Positions 54,473 through 64,000 of a stretch of DNA of 64,000 nucleotides are shown one piece after another. This stretch comes from Escherichia coli. GTDB lineage: Bacteria > Pseudomonadota > Gammaproteobacteria > Enterobacterales > Enterobacteriaceae. The translations under genes were made by a program, and so were the position numbers. Under the pieces are notes generated by a model. That model did no database searches. It saw nothing but the letters and a program-made list of their open reading frames with translations, and was not told the DNA's origin. How positions within the stretch are numbered: position 1 is the stretch's first letter; every line of letters starts with the position of its first letter. Location of the stretch: NCBI RefSeq assembly GCF_003334385.1, contig NZ_QOWN01000016.1. One strand, written 5' to 3'.

Positions 54473-54497
54473 ATTCTGCAGACACTGTCTGCAGAAT
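54473..54497. repeat. perfect palindrome ATTCTGCAGAC-ACT-GTCTGCAGAAT between convergent nanQ and yhcG stops
   Basis: 11-bp perfect arms around core CAGAC-N3-GTCTG; same family as three copies inside yhcG and one after gltD. Confidence 0.85.
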
Positions 54498-54512
54498 TCG
54501 AAACCGCTGAAA

Positions 54513-55640
54513 TTAACGGCGTCTATAGCCTTCCTCTAGCACCGCCTGTGTTCGAACGAGTTCATCTGCGAGTCGTTTCTCATCAGGTAGTTGCATCTTA
54601 TATTCGCTTGCCAGAACGGTGTTAGGCAAACCTGCCAGAGCATAATGCGCTTCTCCGGCTCCTTTCTCTGCACAGAGAACCAGACCGATGGGCGGATTTT
54701 CATCCGGTAGCGTCCAGTGCTCTTTGGCGTAGTTGAGATACATATTCATCTGTCCGGCATCGCTATAGCTGAATTTGCCCACTTTTAGATCGACGATTAG
54801 CAGGCAGCGTAAACGGCGGTGGAAAAACAGCAGATCGACACGAAACCAGTTGTCATCAATGCGTAACCTTCGCTGCCGACCAACAAAGGCAAAATCATCC
54901 CCAAGTTCCAGCATGAAATCCATCAGGTGGTTGATCAGCGCCTCCTCAAAATCGGATTCTGAATATTCATCTTTCAATTCCAGAAATTCGAGCACAAAGG
55001 GATCGCGTATCGCCTGTTGCGGAAGAATATGCGTCTCGGCAGGAGCGTGTTGTTGCAGCATGGCTGATTTGTCATGTGACAGTAGTGTCCGCTCATAAAA
55101 CTGGGTCGCAATTTGCCGCTCTAGCTGGCGAACAGACCAGCCACAGCGGAGCGTCTCTTTTTCATAAAAGCTGCGGGCGTCAGCGTTTTTAACGGAAAGT
55201 AAACGGACGTAGGTGGACCTGGGCAAGGGGAAAGATTTGGCAGACAGCGTCTGCCAAATCTTTGCCGATGGGAATTCTGCAGACGGTGTCTGCGGAATTC
55301 CCAATGGTGTTAATTCGCCAGACATTGTCTGGCGAATTTCAACATGTTGAAAAAAGAGGTAAAAAAGCCTCATTTGGCGTAAGTTTTTTGCAGAGAACCC
55401 ACGCTTATACCTTAGACATAAATCCTTTGATAGTCGCTTGATTAGCTGCGCACCATACGCAGCCCTGGCCTCGCCACCTTGTTCAAATTCGACAATTCGT
55501 CGGCCAATTTCCTGGTACGTCGCGGTCATTAACGCGTTAACGCTACGTACCGTTTCCGTCCGGGCGCTATCGACCAGATGAATAATACCGTCGTGGATTT
55601 GCTGGTAGCCTGCTGTGGTTCCTTCTGAGAGCGATTCCAT
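54513..55640 (-). CDS. yhcG: DUF1016 / PD-(D/E)XK nuclease-like protein
   Basis: 375 aa; C-terminal region carries a D...D-L-K arrangement (FRVDLLFF...LLIVDLKVGKF) compatible with a restriction-endonuclease fold; linker has three in-frame palindromic DNA units. Confidence 0.85.
   Translation of the reverse strand: MESLSEGTTAGYQQIHDGIIHLVDSARTETVRSVNALMTATYQEIGRRIVEFEQGGEARAAYGAQLIKRLSKDLCLRYKRGFSAKNLRQMRLFYLFFQHVEIRQTMSGELTPLGIPQTPSAEFPSAKIWQTLSAKSFPLPRSTYVRLLSVKNADARSFYEKETLRCGWSVRQLERQIATQFYERTLLSHDKSAMLQQHAPAETHILPQQAIRDPFVLEFLELKDEYSESDFEEALINHLMDFMLELGDDFAFVGRQRRLRIDDNWFRVDLLFFHRRLRCLLIVDLKVGKFSYSDAGQMNMYLNYAKEHWTLPDENPPIGLVLCAEKGAGEAHYALAGLPNTVLASEYKMQLPDEKRLADELVRTQAVLEEGYRRR
55231..55338. 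repeat. three tandem palindromes (CAGAC-N3-GTCTG cores) embedded in-frame in yhcG
   Basis: 55231-55263 AAAGATTTGGCAGAC-AGC-GTCTGCCAAATCTTT (15-bp perfect arms); 55270-55302 GGGAATTCTGCAGAC-GGT-GTCTGCGGAATTCCC (1 mismatch); 55312-55338 AATTCGCCAGAC-ATT-GTCTGGCGAATT (12-bp perfect arms); encode EIRQTMSGE / IPQTPSAEF / KIWQTLSAK. Confidence 0.85.
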
Positions 55641-55824
55641 TATCTGTCCCTTTATATGGAGCTAAGTTGAATAATGGAATGAGCTATACTCTGGGGGGTG
55701 AGCACTGAACAATTAAGAACAGCGTATTACATTTACTTTCCCCAAGATATGCGAAGAGCTTTCCTGAAACATTAACCGATCGTATAAAACGAATGCCTGA
55801 TAGTACTCCTGTCCGGCATTGTTA

Positions 55825-56541
55825 TCACAAGTAGACTACGCTTATCACAGCTTTCCCATCAAGTTCGATTTTTTCTGAACCGCCTAAATCATTCGCGATA
55901 GATGCGCTCACCTGAAGCGGTATAATGGCGTTCGTTACAGGAGTTGGGGTTGTTTCACCTGGTTTTACAAAGGTGTAATAATAGCTTTGATCGACTGCAA
56001 GCGGATAAGCGGTGAGCGTTTGCCATGCTCTTTTTTGCCCTGTTATGACGGCATCTGCACCTGCTATTGATACAGCTAACGTCTGGCTACCATTGCTGGC
56101 ACTAATGTTGTTGCTATCAATTAACACGGCATAACTACCGATATTTTTATTATCTTTTGTTTTCCCTAAGCCGAATAAGCGCGTTGTCTGGCTAATATAA
56201 CCTCCGCCATTTAAGGTATATTTTACACCACTCTGACCCCCACTATCTTTTCCGGTGGTCATACTATCCATTCGTGTATCACGAGCGGTAATCGCAATGC
56301 TGGTAGCGGATTCGCAAGTTATAGTCATATTAATATTACGTGTTCCAATCTGTGTGTAGTGCTGCGTTGAAAGTCTATTGACTGAATGACTACCGAAGTT
56401 AACAACTCCGCCGTTGCTTAGTATTGGAGTACAAGCTGCAGCTTCCAGAGTCACCTTAACGTCAATTGATACTCTATCAGCGGCTTGCGCTGACATGGCA
56501 AAAAAGGCACTTCCGGCAATCAGTAATTTTACATTGTTCAT
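55825..56541 (-). CDS. yhcF: DUF1120 fimbrial-like periplasmic protein
   Basis: 238 aa, signal peptide; clear paralogue of GltF (ACTPILSNGGVVNFGSH vs ACTPVVTGGGIVDYGKH; C-terminal EKIELDGKAVISVVYL vs ETIKLDGNVTISVQYL). Confidence 0.85.
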   Translation of the reverse strand: MNNVKLLIAGSAFFAMSAQAADRVSIDVKVTLEAAACTPILSNGGVVNFGSHSVNRLSTQHYTQIGTRNINMTITCESATSIAITARDTRMDSMTTGKDSGGQSGVKYTLNGGGYISQTTRLFGLGKTKDNKNIGSYAVLIDSNNISASNGSQTLAVSIAGADAVITGQKRAWQTLTAYPLAVDQSYYYTFVKPGETTPTPVTNAIIPLQVSASIANDLGGSEKIELDGKAVISVVYL

Positions 56542-57083
56542 TTTGCCTCCACCAGGACCGTCAGATTGCCTGTAATATCTGTCATGTCGGTTAGTTCCCC
56601 TTCATCCTTAAAAGCTGGAGCCATTGTCAGTGTGAGGCTAACGCTTTTACCGCTATCAATTACCACTTCTTGACCATTTTGCATAAACACCAGCCAATTA
56701 TTGGGGGAAGTACTAATTGATGCTGTTCCTGTGCTGCCCGGATTGTCATTTTTGCCACTGGCTAACGCCAGGTCGAGATTGTTACTACCTGAAAATGCAT
56801 CGCTGGCGATCAGATTTAATGAACCATTCGGGCCAAATCCAAATCCGTTGTTGGAAATATTAGCGGTATTCAACTGAACACGAATATGAGCGTCCTGATC
56901 GCATTGCATTACCAGCGTGATTGTTCTGTCTGCTAATTGTGTTGTTTTACCCCGGTCAACTTGGCGCATGGCAGCACTTCGTTTGCCATAGTCGATATTT
57001 TGTATGCTACTGGAGATATTACACTCTGCCTGAGCGGCCATGGCGAAGTTCAGCAGCAGGCATCCTGTTATTATCCGTTTCAT
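56538..57083 (-). CDS. yhcE: fimbrial-like protein, intact
   Basis: about 181 aa from ATG at 57083 (MKRIITGCLLLNFAMAAQA signal peptide); ATGA overlaps with yhcD stop and yhcF start; uninterrupted here. Confidence 0.75.
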   Translation of the reverse strand: MKRIITGCLLLNFAMAAQAECNISSSIQNIDYGKRSAAMRQVDRGKTTQLADRTITLVMQCDQDAHIRVQLNTANISNNGFGFGPNGSLNLIASDAFSGSNNLDLALASGKNDNPGSTGTASISTSPNNWLVFMQNGQEVVIDSGKSVSLTLTMAPAFKDEGELTDMTDITGNLTVLVEAK

Positions 57084-59461
57084 TGGCACTCTCCTGTTGC
57101 TGTCTCATAGAACACATCTTTTGGTGCATCTTCTGGGAATGTAAGGTGAATACGGCATGATTGCTGCTCATCTTTTATATCTAGCACCATGTCCGGTTTG
57201 ATGTTATTGAGGAATACAACACCGTCATCCACTGATGTTGTCAGATAGTTGCCTTCACTATCTTCAATCGCAACGCCTCTGGGCAGTTTTTTGCCGTCGG
57301 AAAGTGTGATATTGAGTAATGCACGGCGTTGTGTTATCGCACTGAATCCGACTTTCCCTACTGCACCACGGCCTTGTTTGATCATTTTTGTGCCGTTACC
57401 GATATCGACATTTTTTGGCAAGCTGGCGGTATCGATCTCAACTCCTGATGTTCGCCACGACTGGATTGATGGAATGACGGCATTACCCCGAAAATCTGTC
57501 CATACTGGGCCTGCCTGAGATGTAATTCTGACACCTGCAATATTGTTATCCATTTTTGCGATGGCGAAAGTGTCATTGATAGTCCACGGTGAAAAGGTCA
57601 CTCCCTGATCATGTACGGCAATACCACCTGACATCGTACCGTTGTAAGTACGGCTATCACTGCCGCTTGCTCCTGCGGCAAGGCTGACTTGGGTGTAATG
57701 GAGATTGGAACTGATACTGCCGTTCAAGCTCGTTTCACGTTCGTCGTGATCTCGTTCAGCATTCACATAGTAGGACATCTCATCTGAGACGACTCCCATG
57801 ACACCAGTACCATAGTGGGTTTTATGATCGTCATGGCGAGTATACAGTGTGGCGGTGTTTGATCTGCCAAATGGAATACTGATGTTGACGTAGAACAGAT
57901 CACCATCGTCTTCATTATTTTCTGAAGCACTAAGTTGATGCTGCCAGTTGACGGAAACCGTGGCGTGTTTGAACGCTTTGTTCCAGTTAATATTAAGGTT
58001 GCTTGAGTCATTGTCACCGTCGTAACTATATGTTTTATAGCCACTGATGTTGAAACCACCCAGAATGGAGTTAGACCAGTTTAAACCAAGCGCATAAGTG
58101 CTTTTAGTCGGATCGGTATAATCATCATCAATCGCTTCAGACAGTTCGCGATAATGGCGATCAGATCGAGTGAGGCTGGTTGTTAGCCCAAGTGAAAATG
58201 GGAGATTGTAGTTCGCGTCAAGACGATATTTCTGTCCTTGCAGTGAGTCTTTCGTATCCTGCGATGTACTAATTTGGCTGCTCACTGTTAAATCGGGCAG
58301 GGGAACCAGACTCGACCGGATTGATGCCGCCTGATAATTTTCTGCTACGATAACGCCGCCGTTCATTGCACTCCAGCGTGTCAGATTCCATCCGCTCGAT
58401 GCACTAATTACCCAAGGTGATTCGTCATAGTCATCGTCTACCCGCCCTATCGCGAAGCGATAACCCTGGAAGCTTTCTACATGCTGATTAAACAGGGTGG
58501 AGGGAACAATATAGTTGTGCGAACTACCGTCTGTTTCGACAACGGTGACATTAAGATCACTATTACCATTGCGAACAGGTACATCAGGGATAGTGAATGC
58601 GCCCGCAGGAACCAGAATGGAATGAATTAAAACTCCTTGTTGACGAATCTCGACACGAGCCTGAGAGGTGTTGGCTATACCAGTAACTTGCACACCACTG
58701 CCGCTGGTTTGCAATGCGTTGTCCGGTGCGATTTCGATACCGTAAATACTGGCTCCTTCCAACACGCTATTATTGAGGTTAACTTCACCTGCTCGCATGA
58801 GTGTTTTAAGATCTGTAAAGGTACGTTGAAGGTAGGTTGACGAGTTCTGGTTACTGAATGTGCCATTTGTTTGTGTAAGGAACTGATGGCTGCGTAACAT
58901 CCAGTCATTAATATTAATCCCGCCTTCAAGTGCAGCCTGGGAGTAGTCCGAACTCCCATTAGAAAATTCTGCACGGCTGCTCATCAGAGAGTAGTTTAGC
59001 AGCGCAGCTGTTCCACCAGTTGCTGCGTTTGTGAGATCCAACCCTATGGGAATGATCGCCTGTGGTGAAACGATAATATCTAACGCTTCCTGGTTAGGTA
59101 ATGGTGTGATTGTGGTACCCGGGTAGGACAATATATAGTCGTAACAGCCATTTTTTTCTTCAGAAGGAATTTTTAAACCGGCTTGTTGCAGAAATGCCTG
59201 ATCAAGACAAATGTCGCCATTTTCATCAAAGCGCGTAGCAATGTTGCCTTTTTTTTCGCCATTTACTGATACTATCAGTGAATATTCACCTGGCAAAAAA
59301 CGGGCTGAACGGGAAAAATAATGCGATATATTAGGATCTACACCTAGTGATTTTAATGTTTCCCGATCAAAATCAACAGCGGCAATCTCTATACCATCTG
59401 CATTGGCTGGGGGAGAAAAGGCAAAACCAATGGTGTAGGCCAGTAACGTTTTTTTTAACAT
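57080..59461 (-). CDS. yhcD: fimbrial outer-membrane usher
   Basis: 793 aa from ATG at 59461 (MLKKTLLAYTIGFAF...); usher-sized beta-barrel protein; ORF track opens at an upstream TTG. Confidence 0.88.
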   Translation of the reverse strand: MLKKTLLAYTIGFAFSPPANADGIEIAAVDFDRETLKSLGVDPNISHYFSRSARFLPGEYSLIVSVNGEKKGNIATRFDENGDICLDQAFLQQAGLKIPSEEKNGCYDYILSYPGTTITPLPNQEALDIIVSPQAIIPIGLDLTNAATGGTAALLNYSLMSSRAEFSNGSSDYSQAALEGGININDWMLRSHQFLTQTNGTFSNQNSSTYLQRTFTDLKTLMRAGEVNLNNSVLEGASIYGIEIAPDNALQTSGSGVQVTGIANTSQARVEIRQQGVLIHSILVPAGAFTIPDVPVRNGNSDLNVTVVETDGSSHNYIVPSTLFNQHVESFQGYRFAIGRVDDDYDESPWVISASSGWNLTRWSAMNGGVIVAENYQAASIRSSLVPLPDLTVSSQISTSQDTKDSLQGQKYRLDANYNLPFSLGLTTSLTRSDRHYRELSEAIDDDYTDPTKSTYALGLNWSNSILGGFNISGYKTYSYDGDNDSSNLNINWNKAFKHATVSVNWQHQLSASENNEDDGDLFYVNISIPFGRSNTATLYTRHDDHKTHYGTGVMGVVSDEMSYYVNAERDHDERETSLNGSISSNLHYTQVSLAAGASGSDSRTYNGTMSGGIAVHDQGVTFSPWTINDTFAIAKMDNNIAGVRITSQAGPVWTDFRGNAVIPSIQSWRTSGVEIDTASLPKNVDIGNGTKMIKQGRGAVGKVGFSAITQRRALLNITLSDGKKLPRGVAIEDSEGNYLTTSVDDGVVFLNNIKPDMVLDIKDEQQSCRIHLTFPEDAPKDVFYETATGECQ

Positions 59462-59481
59462 CCTTGTCGCTCCAGGCAAAG

Positions 59482-60156
59482 TTATTTTAAGTCAGTGACA
59501 TATTTATTACCGCGATAACCATATCGGCTGGCTGGGTAAAACTCGACTTTTGTATCCGTAGCGTTTGTTAATGCAGTAGTTGTACTGGTGTGTGGTAGAA
59601 AATAGGTCTTATTTATAGCCCCCGTTTTTCCTGAAGGGAGCGTTTTAAATTGTAAGGTCATACGAACGACATAATTACTGGGGTTGCTAATCTCAATTTG
59701 GTCGCCATTTTTACGCCATTCCAGGAATTTCCAGGTCTCTCGCTCTTCCGGCAGGGAAGCCGGGTGGATCAGTACAGGTAGATCCTGACGAATTGAAACA
59801 GTAACTCTGCTGCTCTTGTCATCTTTTGGTGGAATACCTTCGAACGTTACGCGTTTCAGCTCTTCTGATTGCAGAGGAACAGTCGCCTGAAGTAAAAATC
59901 GAACCTGTTGTACTTGACCGGCTTCAACACGAATAACGGGCTGAGTCGGGATTAAACGAATTGATTTATTGCTTTCAGGCAAATCAACAATGGTGGTGTA
60001 AAGCAATGAAGGATGATCATCTGTATTCTTAATATTAATACTAGCTTCACCACGCTTTTCATCAACCAGCAATACTGATGTTTCAGGAACCATCCCTGTG
60101 GCTAAGGTATTCATTGATGTTGTTATAAATACAGTGAATGTAATGTGTCTGAGCAT
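59482..60156 (-). CDS. yhcA: fimbrial periplasmic chaperone (PapD-like)
   Basis: 224 aa, signal peptide, chaperone-sized; immediately upstream of the usher. Confidence 0.88.
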   Translation of the reverse strand: MLRHITFTVFITTSMNTLATGMVPETSVLLVDEKRGEASINIKNTDDHPSLLYTTIVDLPESNKSIRLIPTQPVIRVEAGQVQQVRFLLQATVPLQSEELKRVTFEGIPPKDDKSSRVTVSIRQDLPVLIHPASLPEERETWKFLEWRKNGDQIEISNPSNYVVRMTLQFKTLPSGKTGAINKTYFLPHTSTTTALTNATDTKVEFYPASRYGYRGNKYVTDLK

Positions 60157-60327
60157 TTAAATTAAAACTCCTGTAATAATGATAAATAACGCAGAAACAT
60201 ATTGTTAATATATGTTATGCACTGTTTGCGATGAGATTGATTAAGACAGACCATGTCATAGGGCATAATCTGTCCGAGTTATAGCTAACTGGTTAATGCG
60301 TAAAAATAAAAACTGTATTACAAGTTC

Positions 60328-61092
60328 TTATAAATACTGAACGCTGATAGTGACGTTACCATCCAGTTTGATCGTTTCATCAGAACCAAGAATAGTATTG
60401 TCATTTACCGCAGCATCAATCAGTAACGGGAAGGTGACCGCTGTAATGGCAACAGGTGTCAGTTCCCCTGTTTTTGCAACAGAATAACCGCGCTCGATTG
60501 CTGAGCAACTTGTCAGCGAGCAGAATGCGCCATTAGATGAGGCTTTCCATGTGGGGGTCGCTGCTGACCAGTGGTCAGTTTGAATCAGGTCGACAGGAAT
60601 TTCACCTGTATCGTCCGCCGCGTGAATCCCACCATTAGACCTGTCAATACCAATGGATGCAGCGCCAATTTTTTGTCCATTAGGCGCAGAACCTAAACCA
60701 AAGGCGTTTTTCGTTCCCTTCATATCTACGAGAGTATCATAAGCTTTTTCAATATAGGATGTGTCGTTTAACGCTACAATGGTCGACTGACGGTTATCCT
60801 TGGAGGTTACAGCAATTAGCGTTGGTGCTGTGCAGGTTATATTTAATGTGCTGTTTTTGCGGCCCAGTTGAACCAGTTTATTACTTTTACCGGTCGGATT
60901 CAGCGCACTGTTATGATGTTTCCCATAGTCAACAATGCCGCCGCCCGTAACAACTGGGGTACATGCACCAGGGGTATACTCGCCGATGATAGTTAATTCT
61001 GTATCAGTTGAATCTGTTGCCATGGCACTGAATGCTGCAACAGAAAGTGCTGCACAAATAGCAGCTGTTGTGAGGTTCTTTTTGAAAAACAT
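60328..61092 (-). CDS. gltF: DUF1120 periplasmic protein GltF
   Basis: 254 aa, signal peptide MFFKKNLTTAAICAALSVAAFSAMA; paralogue of YhcF. Confidence 0.88.
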   Translation of the reverse strand: MFFKKNLTTAAICAALSVAAFSAMATDSTDTELTIIGEYTPGACTPVVTGGGIVDYGKHHNSALNPTGKSNKLVQLGRKNSTLNITCTAPTLIAVTSKDNRQSTIVALNDTSYIEKAYDTLVDMKGTKNAFGLGSAPNGQKIGAASIGIDRSNGGIHAADDTGEIPVDLIQTDHWSAATPTWKASSNGAFCSLTSCSAIERGYSVAKTGELTPVAITAVTFPLLIDAAVNDNTILGSDETIKLDGNVTISVQYL

Positions 61093-61611
61093 ATGAACAT
61101 ATCCTTAATAACAAATTTATTTTTTAAAATAAAAAGCTGAAGCAGTATATATATCTGTTTGTGAATGTAAATAAATAACTCGTTCAGAAATAGCCAACTT
61201 GCTGGGATGTATTTATTTAATGAATTTTATAGTTACGATCATGTGAATAATAAGGTGCTGGTGAGGTGGTTTGTGGTGATAATTATTCATTACATGAATG
61301 TTTGCGCTGAAAAATAGGAAAATATATAGATAATTAAGGATAATATATTGGTTTTTTATATTCATATTTTGTATATTAATATCGAGACAATTTACATGGA
61401 ATGAAAAGACTGAATAGCTTGCAGAATCGGTATTGTCAGAGGTGTTAACAAGTAATTGAGACGGATTGTAAATGAGAAATTGCTTGATGTGCTTCACTCA
61501 TCAGACTTGGTGAACAAAGCACAATTTATTGAAAATTATCCCTATTATAGGAAAGGTCAAACGCTCATGCCGCATTTGCCAGAAAACAACGCGCACTTCG
61601 TCAGTAATTTG

Positions 61612-61636
61612 ATTCGCCAGACACAGTCTGGCGAAT
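61612..61636. repeat. perfect palindrome ATTCGCCAGAC-ACA-GTCTGGCGAAT just 3' of gltD
   Basis: 11-bp perfect arms; arm sequence identical to the yhcG-internal unit at 55312-55338; 16 bp from the gltD stop codon. Confidence 0.85.
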
Positions 61637-61651
61637 TCATTGTTACCTCGC

Positions 61652-63082
<1,431 letters not shown>

Positions 63083-64000
63083 TTACTGCGCCTGCACGCG
63101 CAACTCAGCTGCGCTACGACTACGGTGACCCAGCAGTGCTTTTACATCACTGGACTTCGGTTTAACCAGCGCAAATTTAGTGGCGAAGGTTGACCAGTTC
63201 GCCAGAATCTCTTCACCGCGCTGAGAGCCGGTATGCTGCACATGCTCGGTGATAAGACCACGCAGATGCTCTTCATGGATCGCCAGAGCGTCAACGCTTA
63301 AGACCTCGACCAGTTCCGGGTTAACGCGTTTGCGGAAATCGCCGCTTTCATCGAGAACGTAAGCGAAACCGCCGGTCATGCCCGCACCGAAGTTAACGCC
63401 GGTTTTACCCAGAATGCAGACGATACCACCCGTCATATATTCACAACCGTTGTCGCCAATGCCTTCTACCACGGTGATAGCACCGGAGTTACGCACGCCG
63501 AAACGTTCACCCGCGCGGCCTGCGGCATACAGACGACCACCGGTCGCGCCATACAGGCAGGTGTTGCCGATAATGCTTGCTTCATGGCTGCGGAAGGCGG
63601 AACCAACCGGAGGACGAATGGCGATTAAGCCGCCCGCCATGCCTTTACCGACATAGTCGTTGGCATCACCGGTCAGGTACAGTTCCACGCCGCCCGCGTT
63701 CCACACGCCGAAGCTCTGGCCTGCGGTGCCGTTGAAGTACGCTTTGATAGGATCGGCTGCCAGCCCCTGATCGCCGTGCGTCTGGGCGATATAGCCTGAA
63801 AGCGACGCGCCGACAGAACGGTCGGTGTTGCGAATATCGAACCAGAAGGTTTTGCTCTGGCGCTCATCGACAAACGGTTTCGCCTGTTGCAGCAACTGCG
63901 CGTTCAGCAGGCCGTTATCAAACGGCGGGTTGTTTTCGGTGCAGTAGAGTGCCTTACCTGGATGCGGTTCGGCAGTCTCCAGCAGCTTCGACAGCGCCAG
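63083..64000 (-). CDS. gltB: glutamate synthase large subunit, C-terminal portion (gene continues beyond window end)
   Basis: Open frame runs to the window edge and ends ...AAELRVQAQ; Gly-rich GXGXG-type repeats of the GltB C-terminal domain; 12-bp gap to gltD. Confidence 0.9.
   Translation of the reverse strand: MALSKLLETAEPHPGKALYCTENNPPFDNGLLNAQLLQQAKPFVDERQSKTFWFDIRNTDRSVGASLSGYIAQTHGDQGLAADPIKAYFNGTAGQSFGVWNAGGVELYLTGDANDYVGKGMAGGLIAIRPPVGSAFRSHEASIIGNTCLYGATGGRLYAAGRAGERFGVRNSGAITVVEGIGDNGCEYMTGGIVCILGKTGVNFGAGMTGGFAYVLDESGDFRKRVNPELVEVLSVDALAIHEEHLRGLITEHVQHTGSQRGEEILANWSTFATKFALVKPKSSDVKALLGHRSRSAAELRVQAQ

Noticed and set aside
54473-55338. Possibility that the GAATTC / CTGCAG-containing palindromes are a synthetic multiple-cloning-site artefact
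   Set aside because: The units vary in arm sequence, three are in-frame within a full-length 375-aa ORF, and a fifth copy sits 6 kb away after gltD; this fits a natural repeat family better than an engineered site
54513-61092. Search for a prophage, integrase, IS element, CRISPR array or toxin-antitoxin pair in the least conserved part of the window
   Set aside because: No transposase or integrase-like ORF, no direct-repeat/spacer array, no paired small ORFs; the segment contains only yhcG and the fimbrial genes

Overview
This window reads as well-characterised Escherichia coli core chromosome (K-12-like gene order, in reverse of the usual map orientation), and I could not support a novel biological system in it. 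It runs from the 3' end of an rrnD-type rRNA operon (partial 5S, tRNA-Thr, full 5S, tandem terminators) through yhdZYXW, yhdV, acrEF/acrS, yhdU, yhdJ, dusB-fis, prmA, yhdT-panF, accBC, acuI, csrD, mreBCD-yhdE-rng, yhdP, tldD, aaeR/aaeXAB, yhcO, yhcN, argR, mdh, degQ-degS, zapG/zapE, rplM-rpsI, sspAB, dcuD, nanR and nanATEK-nanQ, yhcG, the yhcA-yhcD-yhcE-yhcF chaperone-usher cluster, gltF, gltD and the 3' end of gltB. Gene calls rest on ORF length and order, recognisable motifs, and my recollection of the K-12 proteins; no database search was run. Start codons were chosen where an ATG with a plausible RBS gives the expected protein length, since the ORF track also opens at GTG/TTG. I saw no IS element, integrase, prophage, CRISPR array or toxin-antitoxin pair. 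The items most worth a second look are: (1) a family of CAGAC-N3-GTCTG palindromes, three of them in-frame inside yhcG and two in intergenic positions bracketing the yhcG-to-gltF segment; (2) yhcG itself, an uncharacterised nuclease-like protein; (3) the cryptic, modestly AT-rich fimbrial cluster with an intact yhcE. All are offered at moderate interest only.
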